Positions 22,805 to 32,978 of a stretch of DNA of 64,000 bases are shown here, in pieces. The first letter of the stretch is position 1; the number at the start of each line of letters is the position of its first letter. A model generated the notes under the pieces. That model saw nothing but the letters and a program-made list of their open reading frames with translations. It had not been told where the DNA came from and ran no database searches. The translations under genes and the position numbers were made by a program. Origin of the DNA: an uncultured Eubacteriales bacterium (GTDB taxonomy: Bacteria > Bacillota > Clostridia > Christensenellales > CAG-138); the NCBI GenBank assembly GCA_902802575.1, contig CADCMN010000014.1, forward strand, positions 3,793 to 67,792, given 5' to 3'.

Positions 22805-24348
22805 TGCCGGATATCATCGACGGCAAATACCGGGTCATTCGGGAGATTGGCAGCGGCGGTATGGCCCACGTCTACCGGGCCATCAACATGTCCTCCCGGA
22901 AAGTCGTTGCTGTGAAGATGCTGCGGGAAGAGTATCTGAACGATCAGGAGTTCCTGCGCCGCTTTGAACGGGAAGCCAAGGCCAGCCTGGCTCTGTCCCA
23001 TGAAAACATCGTTCGCGCCTATGGTGTGGGGGATGACAACGGCGTCCCCTATATCGTTCTTGAATACGTGGAGGGCAAGACCCTCAAGGATCTGATACGG
23101 GAAAGCCCCGGCGGCCATCTGTCCGTACAGCAGTCCATCGGCATCTGCAGCCAGATCCTGGACGCCCTCTCCTATGCCCATGCCCACGGGATCATCCATC
23201 GGGACGTCAAGCCCCAGAACGTGATCGTAACCAATCGGGGCCGGGCCAAACTGGCTGACTTCGGCATCGCCCGGGAGGTCACCGCCAGCACCGTGACCTT
23301 TGCCGGCAAAAACGTGATCGGCTCCGTGCACTACATCTCTCCCGAACAGGCCAAGGGCTTGCCCGCCACGGAGGAGAGTGATATCTACTCCGCCGGCATC
23401 TCCCTATACGAGATGCTCACCGGCACCGTCCCCTTCATCGGCGACACCACGGTTGCCACGGCGCTGATGCACCTGTCCGCAAAGCCTGTTCCGCCTCGGG
23501 AACTGAACCCATCCGTGCCTCCGGCCCTCAACGATATCGTGCTCCGCGCCATCGAAAAGGAACCCGGCCTGCGCTATTCCAGCGCCAAGCTCATGCGCTC
23601 GGACTTGATCCGGTCTCTGTCCCATCCCGACGGCACCTTCGCCCGGGACAGAGAGTCCACCGAATCCAAGACCCCCGGACGTCGGATGTCCCTGTCCGTG
23701 TACGCCTGGATATCCATATCCGTGTTCACGCCCATTCTGGTGATCTTCCTGGCCTATCTCGGCTTCGTCAATCACTGGTGCGCGCCCAAGGAGGAAACGG
23801 CGGCCGTCGATCTGACGGAAGCGACCTCTCAGGCCACCATGGCCAACGTCACCGTAACGGCGCTGCCATCCGCGTCCCCGGCGGGCAAGCGCATGCCCAC
23901 CGTCATGGGGCAGCGGCTGGATGACGCGCTGAAGTCTCTTCACGACGTGGGATTTACGGATATCTATGTCTCCACGGAGTATGTCGAGAACGATCCCCGT
24001 GCCGGTACCATCGTCCAACAGAGCCAGATGGCGAACACCGTCCCCAACACGGCGGAGCCGGTGTACATCACGCTCCTTTTGGAAAAACGCGGCAAGTATA
24101 AGGCGGACGTCGCCTTTATGCTGGACATTCCCGAGAACGATTCCCGCGTACAGATCGTGTACAGGACCAGCAGCACGAACAACATCGACTATTCAGTGAT
24201 CCTCTATGAGACGGTGCGCACCAAGGAGAACATGGTGTCCATCAGCGCCACTCTCTACAGCAACGATCCGGCCACCCGCACGCTGTATCTTCTGGTGAAC
24301 GGGGCGGAAGTTCGCACCCAGGACGTGAAGTTTACGATCGTGGAGTAA
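22801..24348 (+). CDS. prkC: Hanks-type Ser/Thr kinase PrkC/PknB-like with a short extracellular region
   Basis: IGSGGMAHVY, VAVKML, HRDVKPQN, DFGIA, GSVHYISPEQ, one TM, one PASTA-like segment. Confidence 0.9.
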   Translation: MMPDIIDGKYRVIREIGSGGMAHVYRAINMSSRKVVAVKMLREEYLNDQEFLRRFEREAKASLALSHENIVRAYGVGDDNGVPYIVLEYVEGKTLKDLIRESPGGHLSVQQSIGICSQILDALSYAHAHGIIHRDVKPQNVIVTNRGRAKLADFGIAREVTASTVTFAGKNVIGSVHYISPEQAKGLPATEESDIYSAGISLYEMLTGTVPFIGDTTVATALMHLSAKPVPPRELNPSVPPALNDIVLRAIEKEPGLRYSSAKLMRSDLIRSLSHPDGTFARDRESTESKTPGRRMSLSVYAWISISVFTPILVIFLAYLGFVNHWCAPKEETAAVDLTEATSQATMANVTVTALPSASPAGKRMPTVMGQRLDDALKSLHDVGFTDIYVSTEYVENDPRAGTIVQQSQMANTVPNTAEPVYITLLLEKRGKYKADVAFMLDIPENDSRVQIVYRTSSTNNIDYSVILYETVRTKENMVSISATLYSNDPATRTLYLLVNGAEVRTQDVKFTIVE

Positions 24349-24354
24349 AATGCC

Positions 24355-25221
24355 ATGGAAGGGTCTATCATAAAAGGTGTGGGCGGGTTCTACTACGTTT
24401 CCACCGATCAGGGCGTCGTCACGTGCAAAGCGAAGGGCTCTTTTCGCCGGGAAGGGCTTACGCCGGTAGTGGGGGATCGAGTCCGCATCACGGCGCACGC
24501 CTCCGGATATGCCCAGATCGACCAGATCCTGCCGCGCCGCAATCTGCTGATCCGCCCGGCCGTGGCCAACATCGACCGGCTGCTCATCGTCCTCTCCGGC
24601 CATCTTCCCGAGCCGGATTGGCTTTTGGCCGACAAGCTGATCGTTCAGGCCGCGCTGAACCGGATCGAGCCGGTGATGGTCCTCAACAAAGCGGACGAAG
24701 CGACGGCACCCATTCGGGAAGCCTTCGATCAGGACTATCGGCTGTTCCCCCGGATCATCGTGTCCGCCTTGTCGGGAGAGGGGCTGCAGGATCTTAAGGA
24801 CGCCATCGCCGGCAAGATCTGCTGTTTTGCAGGGCAATCTGCCGTTGGGAAATCGTCGCTTATGAACGCTTTGCTGCCGGAGCTGAACCTCCCCGTGGGA
24901 GAATTGGCCCGCAAGACGGATCGGGGCAGGCACACCACCCGGCATGCCCAGCTCTGGCCCTGCTTCGGCGGCGCTTTGCTGGACACCCCCGGCTTCTCCC
25001 TGTATGAGCCGGAGAGTTTCGATGAGAAGCTGTTGCAGGGCTGTTATCCGGAGTTCGCTCAGGCGACCCCCTGCCGTTTTCCCGGATGCATGCACGTCAG
25101 CGAACCCGGCTGCGGCGTGAAGCTGCTGCTCGCCGACGGACGCCTGTCCCCGGCCCGATATGAACGGTATGTCCAGATCGCTCAAGACTTTACCTTCAGG
25201 AGGAAACATCAATATGATTAA
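24355..25221 (+). CDS. rsgA: Ribosome small subunit-dependent GTPase A
   Basis: NKAD, GQSAVGKSSL, GRHTTR, DTPGF, C-terminal CRFPGCMHVSEPGC Zn finger. Confidence 0.95.
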   Translation: MEGSIIKGVGGFYYVSTDQGVVTCKAKGSFRREGLTPVVGDRVRITAHASGYAQIDQILPRRNLLIRPAVANIDRLLIVLSGHLPEPDWLLADKLIVQAALNRIEPVMVLNKADEATAPIREAFDQDYRLFPRIIVSALSGEGLQDLKDAIAGKICCFAGQSAVGKSSLMNALLPELNLPVGELARKTDRGRHTTRHAQLWPCFGGALLDTPGFSLYEPESFDEKLLQGCYPEFAQATPCRFPGCMHVSEPGCGVKLLLADGRLSPARYERYVQIAQDFTFRRKHQYD

Positions 25222-25858
25222 GATCGCCCCCTCTATCCTTTCCGCCGACTTTGCCCGCATGGGCGAGGACGTACAGATGCTGGAAAAGCGCGGCGCCGAT
25301 TGGATCCACTTTGACGTGATGGACGGCCATTTCGTCCCCAATCTGACCTTCGGTCCACCCATGTGCAAAGCCCTGCGGCCGCTGACCAAGCTTCCGCTGG
25401 ACGTGCACCTCATGGTGGATCGGCCCGCCGATTGGGTGAACCCTTTTCGGGACGCGGGGGCTGACCTGGTCACCTTCCATGTGGAGGCGGAGAAGCATAT
25501 CCATCGGGCGCTCCAGGCCATCCATACGGCGGGCATGAAGGCGGGTGTGGTGCTGAATCCGGCCACGCCGGTGTGCCTGTGCGAAGAGGTCCTGGAGGAC
25601 TGCGATATGGTCCTGCTCATGAGCGTGAATCCGGGCTTCGGTGGACAGAAGTTCATCCCCCAGGTCTTGCACAAGATCAAAGCCTTGGCCGCTCTGAAGG
25701 CGGCGCGGGGGCTCTCCTTCGAAATAGAAGTGGACGGCGGTGTGAACGAGATCACCGCGCCGCTTTGCCGTCAGGCCGGCGCCACCGTGCTGGTGGCGGG
25801 CAGCGCCGTGTTCAACGCTCCCGACCCCGGGGAAATGATCCTGCGGCTGCGTGGCTGA
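25214..25858 (+). CDS. rpe: Ribulose-phosphate 3-epimerase
   Basis: IAPSILSADF, HFDVMDGHFVPN, MSVNPGFGGQ, EVDGG. Confidence 0.96.
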   Translation: MIKIAPSILSADFARMGEDVQMLEKRGADWIHFDVMDGHFVPNLTFGPPMCKALRPLTKLPLDVHLMVDRPADWVNPFRDAGADLVTFHVEAEKHIHRALQAIHTAGMKAGVVLNPATPVCLCEEVLEDCDMVLLMSVNPGFGGQKFIPQVLHKIKALAALKAARGLSFEIEVDGGVNEITAPLCRQAGATVLVAGSAVFNAPDPGEMILRLRG

Positions 25859-26681
25859 GCTTCGACGCCGATTCAACCGAGTAAAAATCTTTGCCGATGC
25901 GCTGAGCCGTCGTGGGTTGGTGACCTGTGCGGCTTCCTGCGCATTTTATTCGTTTCTGTCCCTGTTTCCCCTGGCCGCTTTAGCCGCTTCGTTGGTGCCC
26001 TGCGTGGGCATCGATCAAAGAGTTCTATTCCGCTTTTTGGACCGTATTGCCCCTGTCGCCGTAGCGGCGCTGTTGAAAACGATCCTGTCCAACGTCTATG
26101 AAAATGTTTTCCCCGCCCTGCCCATTTCCCTGCTGGTTCTGCTCTGGTCCGCCGCCCAGGCATTTTCGGAGCTGTTGAAGGGGATGGCGGCCATGGCGGT
26201 GCCTTGCTGTCAAACCGGTTATCTGAAGCGGCGGCTCAGAGCCATCCTGATGACAGCAGCGCTGCTGACGACCTTGCTCCTGTCCCTGGCTATGTTGATC
26301 TTCGGAGCGCGGATCGCGCTGTTGCTGGGGATCATCTATCCTGGGCTTGCCGGCCTGCTGCGGCTCGTTCTGTGGCTTCGTTACCTCGTCATGGCAGCGC
26401 TGCTGTGGCTTCTGTTCGTTTTTCTCTATCGCTCCATCCCCGGACAACGCCTTTCCTTCCAGGAGGTGCGTTGGGGCGCCGCCCTGGCGGCGGCGGCATG
26501 GATCGTCTTTTCCGCCCTGTTCTCCCTGTACGCCGGCCGCTTATTCGATCTCACCCTGTATGGGAGCATGGCCGCCATGGCCCTCACCATGCTATGGCTC
26601 TTCTACTGCCAATATATCCTTCTGGTGGGAGCGGGACTATGCGCCTGGAAGCGCACAAAAAAGGAAGCCGTCCCTTCCTGA
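25851..26681 (+). CDS. YihY/virulence factor BrkB family membrane protein
   Basis: AASCAFYSFLSLFP, LYGSMAAMALTMLWLF, six TM segments. Confidence 0.85.
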   Translation: MAELRRRFNRVKIFADALSRRGLVTCAASCAFYSFLSLFPLAALAASLVPCVGIDQRVLFRFLDRIAPVAVAALLKTILSNVYENVFPALPISLLVLLWSAAQAFSELLKGMAAMAVPCCQTGYLKRRLRAILMTAALLTTLLLSLAMLIFGARIALLLGIIYPGLAGLLRLVLWLRYLVMAALLWLLFVFLYRSIPGQRLSFQEVRWGAALAAAAWIVFSALFSLYAGRLFDLTLYGSMAAMALTMLWLFYCQYILLVGAGLCAWKRTKKEAVPS

Positions 26682-26706
26682 AACAGCTTCCTGACGGTAA
26701 ACCGTG

Positions 26707-29070
26707 TTATTTCAGCGTGACTACCGTCACGCCCGCGTCCCCTTCCCCATAGGCGCCGATGCGATAGGACTTGACCCGAGGATGATTCTTCAGGTACGCC
26801 TGGATCCCCGCACGCAGAGCGCCGGTGCCTTTGCCGTGGATGACGTTGAATTCCTTCCGCCCGTTCCTGGCGCACAGGTCGATATATCGATCCACCTCCA
26901 ACATGCCGTCGTCCACAGTCATGCCCCTGAGGTCCAAATCCATTTTCACCTCCTGGATGTCCTGCAATATGGGCTTGCCCGTCACGACCGTCCGTTTCTT
27001 CTGCGTTTTGGGCAGCGGACGCAAGTCGGACAGGGGCACATTCATCTTGATGACCCCGGCCTGGATCTGCACCATGCCCCGGGCATCGGGGGCCTTCAGG
27101 ACGGTGGCGGTGTTATGGATGCTCAGGACGTGATAGCTTTCCCCGGCTCTCACCGTTTTGGGCGCCTCGCCCAGATCCTCCTCCGGCAAAGCCGCGTCCG
27201 CCAAATCGCTCTCTGAGGCTCGCATGGCATCCCGGGATTGCTGGATGGCTCGTTCCAGAGCTTTGTAGTCGATGTTTTTGACATTTCTGAGCTCCGTGAT
27301 GAGCCGTTCCATCTCCCGCCGAGTTTGGCGGACGATATCCCGGGCGTCCTCGCGGGCCTTGTTCCTCAGCGCAGCCTTTTCTTCCTCCAGCTTGCGCTTC
27401 TCCTTTTCATAGTCGCTGCGCAGCTTCTCCGCTTCCCACAACGCCAATTGGGCGTCGTGACGGGCTTGCTCGGCGATACGGCGCTGTTCCTCCGCCCCGC
27501 TCAGCACGTCCTCAAAAGCCACGTCCTCCTTCTTCAAAAACTGGCGCGCCCGGTCGATGACCTCCTGAGAGAGGCCCAACCGCCGGCTGATCTCGAAGGC
27601 ATTGGACTTGCCGGGGATCCCGATATACAGCTTATAGGTGGGGCACAGCCGATCCACATCGAATTCCATGGAGGCGTTCTGCATGCCCTCCCGGGCTAAG
27701 GCGAAGGCTTTGATCTCGCTGTAGTGGGTGGTGGCCATGGTCCGGCAGCCCTGCCCCTGCAGCCGCTCCAAAATGGCCTGCGCCAGGGCCGCGCCTTCCA
27801 GGGGGTCCGTGCCTGCCCCCAGCTCGTCAAGGAGCACCAAGGTATGGTCGTCCGCCTGCTCTATGATGGATACCAGATTGGTCATGTGGGCGCTGAAGGT
27901 GGACAGGCTCTGCTCAATGGATTGTTCGTCGCCGATATCCGCAAAGACCTGATCGAAAACGGAAACCTCGCTTCCTTCCTCCGCCGGCAGGAACAATCCG
28001 CACATGGCCATGAGGGTGAAGAGACCCACGGTCTTCAAGGTGACCGTCTTTCCGCCGGTATTGGGACCGGTGATGATAAGGGTGTCAAACTCCTCCCCCA
28101 GCCACAGGGTAACCGGGACCACCTTCTCCCGATCGATCAAAGGATGGCGGGCGTTCTTCAGCCGGATGCGGCCCTCTTCATTGAGCTTGGGACGGATGCC
28201 GCCGTATTCCCGGGCCAGGATAGCTTTGGCGAAGATGCAGTCAAGCCGTCCAAGGAGCAAAAGGCTGTCGTACAGCTCGTTGGCGTACGGCTGCAGCAGG
28301 GCAGTGAGCCCGGCCCGGATCCGCTCCATCTCCTTCTTTTCGTCCAGCAGCAGCTTCTTATATTCGTTCCCCAGCTCCACTACCGCCGCCGGCTCGATGA
28401 ACAGGGTTTGTCCCGTCCCGCTTTGATCATGAATGAGGCCCGGGATCTGCCGCCGGTGCTCCGCCTTCACCGGGATGGTGTAGCGCCCGTTGCGCATGGT
28501 GATGATGGGATCCTGCAGATACTTTTGGTCGCCGGCGCTGCGGATGATGCTGTTGAGCTTGTCCCGCACCTTCTCCGTGGTCAGCTTCATCTGCCGTCGG
28601 ATGCGGGCCAGCTCGGGGGAAGCGTTGTCCGCCATCTCCTCCTCGGAGAGGATGCAGCGGGCGATCTCACTTTCAATGGCAGGCTGGGCTGTCAGACGAT
28701 TGGCCAACAGGCACAGGATCCCGTCCCCGCCCTGCTCCTTGCCGCCCATGATGGCTTCCCGGGTCCGACGAGAGACCTTCAGGCATTGTTCCGCCGCCAA
28801 CAGCTCGCCCATGGACAGAGCCAGCACGGCGCTCATACGCCGCAGGGAGGGACGAATGTCGGGAAAGAGATCCAGGGGCGTATGTCCCAGACGCCAGAAG
28901 ATGGTCTCCGCTTCCGTGGTCTCCTGCAGCAGTCGCTCCGCCTCGGGCAGGGACGCGGCAGGCGACAGCGAGTCCACCGTAGCCTTGCCCAGATCGGACA
29001 CAGCGAACTCTCGCAGCAGGGCCTGCACCTTATTGAGTTCAAGAGTGTGTATGGTTCTTTCCGAAATCAT
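26707..29070 (-). CDS. mutS2: Endonuclease MutS2 (ribosome collision sensor RqcU) with Smr domain
   Basis: ITGPNTGGKT, DIGDEQSIEQSLSTFS, LDELGAGTDP, LDLRG...IHGKGTGALR...GEGDAGVT. Confidence 0.95.
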   Translation of the reverse strand: MISERTIHTLELNKVQALLREFAVSDLGKATVDSLSPAASLPEAERLLQETTEAETIFWRLGHTPLDLFPDIRPSLRRMSAVLALSMGELLAAEQCLKVSRRTREAIMGGKEQGGDGILCLLANRLTAQPAIESEIARCILSEEEMADNASPELARIRRQMKLTTEKVRDKLNSIIRSAGDQKYLQDPIITMRNGRYTIPVKAEHRRQIPGLIHDQSGTGQTLFIEPAAVVELGNEYKKLLLDEKKEMERIRAGLTALLQPYANELYDSLLLLGRLDCIFAKAILAREYGGIRPKLNEEGRIRLKNARHPLIDREKVVPVTLWLGEEFDTLIITGPNTGGKTVTLKTVGLFTLMAMCGLFLPAEEGSEVSVFDQVFADIGDEQSIEQSLSTFSAHMTNLVSIIEQADDHTLVLLDELGAGTDPLEGAALAQAILERLQGQGCRTMATTHYSEIKAFALAREGMQNASMEFDVDRLCPTYKLYIGIPGKSNAFEISRRLGLSQEVIDRARQFLKKEDVAFEDVLSGAEEQRRIAEQARHDAQLALWEAEKLRSDYEKEKRKLEEEKAALRNKAREDARDIVRQTRREMERLITELRNVKNIDYKALERAIQQSRDAMRASESDLADAALPEEDLGEAPKTVRAGESYHVLSIHNTATVLKAPDARGMVQIQAGVIKMNVPLSDLRPLPKTQKKRTVVTGKPILQDIQEVKMDLDLRGMTVDDGMLEVDRYIDLCARNGRKEFNVIHGKGTGALRAGIQAYLKNHPRVKSYRIGAYGEGDAGVTVVTLK

Positions 29071-29076
29071 GGGGCC

Positions 29077-30363
29077 TCATTTGTTGAATTGGTTCATATC
29101 CCCCACGGTCACGCGGATCGTGAGATAATTGCCGTCACGGTACACCGTGAAGAGGACTGTGTCGCCCACCTGCAGGGAGCGTACGTAGTTCACCACATCG
29201 TCGTTGGTGGTCACGGTGATATCATCCGCCTTGACGATAATGTCGCCCACCTGCAAGCCGGCCTTCTCCGCAGGCGCTCCTGCGGTGAGCTCCTCCACAC
29301 GGCAGCCCACGGGCACATTGTTCTCTGAGGCGGTTTCCTCGTCCACGGTCCGGATCTGCACGCCGATCCCCGGCCGGACCACGCTGCCGCCCTGCAGGAT
29401 CATGTTGGCGATCTCGATCACATTCTGAATGGGCAGCGCAAAGCCGATGCCCTCGGCAGAGATGGCATTACCTCGGGAATCATATCCCGCCGTGATGGAT
29501 TTGGCCGTGTTCATGCCGATGACCTGACCGGCCATGTTGATCAGCGGGCCGCCGCTGTTGCCGAAGTTGATGGCAGCGTCGGTCTGCAGATAGGTGTTCA
29601 CAAAACCATCGATGTTGATCTCGCGGGCCGTAGCGCTGATGATGCCGAAGGTGACCGTTCCGTACAGCTCATAGGCGCTGAGGGGATTGCCGATGGCGAT
29701 AACGTACTCGCCTACCCGAAGGGAGGTGGAATCGCCGATGGGCAGCGCAGGATAATTGTCCCCCGCCACTTTCAGCACCGCAATATCCGTGGTCACGTCC
29801 GCGCCGACCACCAGAGCCGTGATCTTGGTCCCGTCACTGAACAGCACGTCAACCTGCTCCGCTCCGTTGACCACATGGGCGTTCGTCAACACATAGCCAT
29901 TCTCAGAAACGATGAACCCTGAGCCGCTGGCATACTCCTCCAGCTTGCCGTTTCGAGCGCTGCGTTGGTACTGAATGACGCCCACCACGGAACCGGAGGC
30001 AGCCTCCACCACGTCGGGTATGGTGGAAAACAGCTGAATGTCGCCCGGAGACTGCGTGTTCAGCTCCATCTGCGGCAGATCTGCCGGCGGAAGGAGGGTC
30101 GGCGTGGGCAAGAGAGACTGTTCCGCTGTGCCGACGGAAGGCTGATCGACGCCCTGGGAAGGCGGCGTGGGGGTGGCCTCCCCCACGGATCGTTCCTCTG
30201 CCGGCATGGGAGACACGGCGGCCTGGGTCCGCATGACCCGCAAGAAGCCGACGCCTACCACCACGCATGCGATGAACATCATGCACAGCAAGATGGCCAA
30301 ACACCAAATCAGCGCGGATGTGCCTTTCTCGTGTTTGCTATGATTGAGTGTTTCAGGTTCCAT
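29077..30363 (-). CDS. htrA: HtrA/DegP family serine protease with PDZ domain
   Basis: N-terminal TM, GSGFI, LTNAHVV, DIAVLK, QTDAAINFGNSGGPL, PDZ. Confidence 0.92.
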   Translation of the reverse strand: MEPETLNHSKHEKGTSALIWCLAILLCMMFIACVVVGVGFLRVMRTQAAVSPMPAEERSVGEATPTPPSQGVDQPSVGTAEQSLLPTPTLLPPADLPQMELNTQSPGDIQLFSTIPDVVEAASGSVVGVIQYQRSARNGKLEEYASGSGFIVSENGYVLTNAHVVNGAEQVDVLFSDGTKITALVVGADVTTDIAVLKVAGDNYPALPIGDSTSLRVGEYVIAIGNPLSAYELYGTVTFGIISATAREINIDGFVNTYLQTDAAINFGNSGGPLINMAGQVIGMNTAKSITAGYDSRGNAISAEGIGFALPIQNVIEIANMILQGGSVVRPGIGVQIRTVDEETASENNVPVGCRVEELTAGAPAEKAGLQVGDIIVKADDITVTTNDDVVNYVRSLQVGDTVLFTVYRDGNYLTIRVTVGDMNQFNK

Positions 30364-31801
30364 TTTTTCTGCCTCCGTCTGTCACGCGCTTGAGCGTGTT
30401 TGCTTTTTCCAATGTGAACGTGAATTGAGTCCCCTTGCCCCGGGCGCTTTTCACCGTGATAGACTGGCCATGGGCCTCGATGATCTTCTTCACGATGGCC
30501 AATCCAAGCCCGGACCCCACCTGCGGGGAAGGCGTATGGGCCTTCTCCACCTTATAGAAGCGGTCGAAGATGTGGGGGACATCCTCTGCCGGAATGCCCA
30601 CGCCCGTGTCGCGGATGGTGACATACACCTCTTTGCGCAAGGCGTAGGTAGAAACCAGTAGAGTTCGTCCTTCGGGCGAATACTTGATCGCATTGTCGAT
30701 CAAGTTCCGAAGGACCTGGGAAATTTGGTTGCTGTCTGCGTACACGAAGGTCTGCTCCGTGGCGAAGCGAACGTCCAGTTCCATCCGCTTCTCCGAGATC
30801 CGCGCCTCAAAGGTGATGAGCGTGCGCCGGATCAGTTCGTTGATGTCGAAAACCTCATAGTTGACGGTGATGATCCCGCTCTCGATCCGAGCGAGATCCA
30901 GCAGATCGTTGACCATGGCCGTCATGCGGCGCGTCTCCGATAGCACGATCTCAATATAGTGCTCGTGCTCCTCAGGCGGGATGGTCCCATCCATCATCGC
31001 CTCCAGAAATCCCTTCATGCTGGTCAAAGGCGACCGAAGCTCATGGGACACGTTGGCCACGAAGCTCTGGCGTGTGACCTCCAGATTCTTCAGCTGATCG
31101 GCCATCTCGTTGAAGCTGCGCCCCAGCTGCGATGCCTCGTCCTTTCCCTGCACGGGGATGCGCTGGGAGAAATCGCCCTTGGAATAGCACTGCACGATGT
31201 GGTTCATGTCCACGAAGGGATTGATGATCCGCTTGGCAATGAAGTAGGAGGAGAACAACACCACAAATGCGGCTGTGACACAGATGGCCAGCGTCCAGAG
31301 CGCCAGCTGCCGAAAAGCTTCGTTCCAGCGGGAAATGTCGCTGTGGATCAGCAGCACCCCGGTCCGACCGTCCTCCTCTACCCGGGCATAGATCGTATAC
31401 ACGGGAAATTTCGCGCCGGAGAAGTATCTCTCCATGGCTTCCGGCGTCGATCCGCTGCGCCGCAGGGCGTCCTCCGCACGGGTTTTCTCCGAGGGCAAGG
31501 CCGCCAACGGCGCCCATTTTTCATCTGTGTATACGGATAAGGTCTTGTGGGGATAAAGCACCTGGATGAGGAGCCTCTGCTCTTCGGTCAGGGGTTTCAG
31601 GTCCTCCAAAGGGTCGCCCGCCGCCAGCCGCTCCGCCACCTGCTGTCCTTTCCTGGTGAGCTCGTCCTTCTCCATGCTCAAGCCCTGCATACGGGAAACA
31701 TATCCGATCCCCACGCCTAAAAGCAACAACAGAGAAAGGACCGTCACGCATTGCAGAAACAGCATGCGGCCAAATATGGATTTGAAACGGATTTTCGCCA
31801 T
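30353..31801 (-). CDS. HAMP sensor histidine kinase
   Basis: Two TM, HAMP, VSHELRSPL, NLIDNAIKY, DTGVGIP, GSGLGLAI. Confidence 0.93.
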   Translation of the reverse strand: MAKIRFKSIFGRMLFLQCVTVLSLLLLLGVGIGYVSRMQGLSMEKDELTRKGQQVAERLAAGDPLEDLKPLTEEQRLLIQVLYPHKTLSVYTDEKWAPLAALPSEKTRAEDALRRSGSTPEAMERYFSGAKFPVYTIYARVEEDGRTGVLLIHSDISRWNEAFRQLALWTLAICVTAAFVVLFSSYFIAKRIINPFVDMNHIVQCYSKGDFSQRIPVQGKDEASQLGRSFNEMADQLKNLEVTRQSFVANVSHELRSPLTSMKGFLEAMMDGTIPPEEHEHYIEIVLSETRRMTAMVNDLLDLARIESGIITVNYEVFDINELIRRTLITFEARISEKRMELDVRFATEQTFVYADSNQISQVLRNLIDNAIKYSPEGRTLLVSTYALRKEVYVTIRDTGVGIPAEDVPHIFDRFYKVEKAHTPSPQVGSGLGLAIVKKIIEAHGQSITVKSARGKGTQFTFTLEKANTLKRVTDGGRKNGT

Positions 31802-31816
31802 GACGAGATAAGGTCG

Positions 31817-32500
31817 TCAGGAATGGATCTCGAACTTATAGCCCACGCCCCACACGGTCTTCAACTGCCAGCTTTGACGTTCGCCCAGTTTTTCACGGAT
31901 ACGCTTTACATGGACATCCACCGTCCGGGAGTCGCCGAAGAAATCGAAGCCCCATACCTGCTCCAACAGCTGCTCCCGAGTGAACACCTTTCCCGCGTGG
32001 GAAGCCAGAAAATACAGCAGCTCGATCTCTTTGGGCGGCATTTCCAGCTGGATGCCGTCTAAAACCACGGAGTAGTTCTCCAGCGAGATGGACAGATCCG
32101 GCAGCACGATGGCCTTTTCCTGATCGGCGGCCGGCACGCTGCGACGCAGGACCGCTTTGATCCGAGCGATGAGCTCGTTGCTGTCAAAGGGCTTGGCGAT
32201 ATAGTCGTCGGCGCCCAGCTCCAGGCCGCGGACCCGTTCGCCCGTATCGCCCTTGGCGGTGAGCATGATGACCGGCGTGGGGGACTCCTGACGGATGTCG
32301 TTGAGAATGGACCAGCCATCCCGCCCGGGCAGCATCACATCCAGCACCACCAGCGTGGGCTTCACGCTGCGGAAAACGGACAACGCTTCGTATCCTGTGG
32401 CGCAGGTGGCCACGTTGAACCCGGCCTTTTTCAAATAAAGATCGATGATGGAGAGAATGTTCCTGTCGTCATCGATCACAAGAATGGTGTTGTTATCCAT
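31817..32500 (-). CDS. OmpR/PhoB family response regulator
   Basis: LVIDDD, LDVMLP, MLTAK, ADDYIAKPF, SRTVDVHVKRIREK, TVWGVGYKF. Confidence 0.95.
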   Translation of the reverse strand: MDNNTILVIDDDRNILSIIDLYLKKAGFNVATCATGYEALSVFRSVKPTLVVLDVMLPGRDGWSILNDIRQESPTPVIMLTAKGDTGERVRGLELGADDYIAKPFDSNELIARIKAVLRRSVPAADQEKAIVLPDLSISLENYSVVLDGIQLEMPPKEIELLYFLASHAGKVFTREQLLEQVWGFDFFGDSRTVDVHVKRIREKLGERQSWQLKTVWGVGYKFEIHS

Positions 32501-32511
32501 AGGACCTCCTG

Positions 32512-32919
32512 TTACTCTATACCGATCACCTGTATTCCGTTTTCCGCCAGCAGCTGTGCGGTGATCCCGCTGCCCTGCACCAGCTTTCGGGAAAACGTTC
32601 CGTCATATATCCATCCCAAGCCACAGGATGGGCTTCTGTTTTGAAGCAGGGCTTCCGTCGCTCCATAGGCCTGGACCGCGGCCAAAACCGCTTCCGCGCC
32701 GCGGCGAAACGCTTCCGTTTGATCCGCCCCGTCACGATCCATCACCCGGCCGGCCCGTATCTCGCAGGGCGGGCGCGGGGTCGGCAAGCCGCCCAGCTGC
32801 TCCGGACAAAGAGGAATGGCCTTTCCCGACCGGACCAGCTCCATGACTTCGGCGCAAGGCTTGGCCTTGCCATCGTAGCGGCAGGGAAGGCCGGCCAAAC
32901 AAGCACTGACGATCATCAT
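32512..32919 (-). CDS. DUF523 family (2-thiouracil desulfidase-like Fe-S) protein
   Basis: VSACLAGLPCRYDG, CPEQLGGLPTPRPP, SPSCG, GSGITA. Confidence 0.88.
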   Translation of the reverse strand: MMIVSACLAGLPCRYDGKAKPCAEVMELVRSGKAIPLCPEQLGGLPTPRPPCEIRAGRVMDRDGADQTEAFRRGAEAVLAAVQAYGATEALLQNRSPSCGLGWIYDGTFSRKLVQGSGITAQLLAENGIQVIGIE

Positions 32920-32949
32920 GGCATACTACCACCTATTTATAGTCATTGC

Positions 32950-32978
32950 ATTGTACCATATAATCTTATTTTTGTCCA
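32950..32978 (-). promoter_or_regulatory. Sigma-A promoter of DUF523-RR-HK-htrA-mutS2
   Basis: Minus strand TGGACA-17bp-TACAAT with extended TG. Confidence 0.55.
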
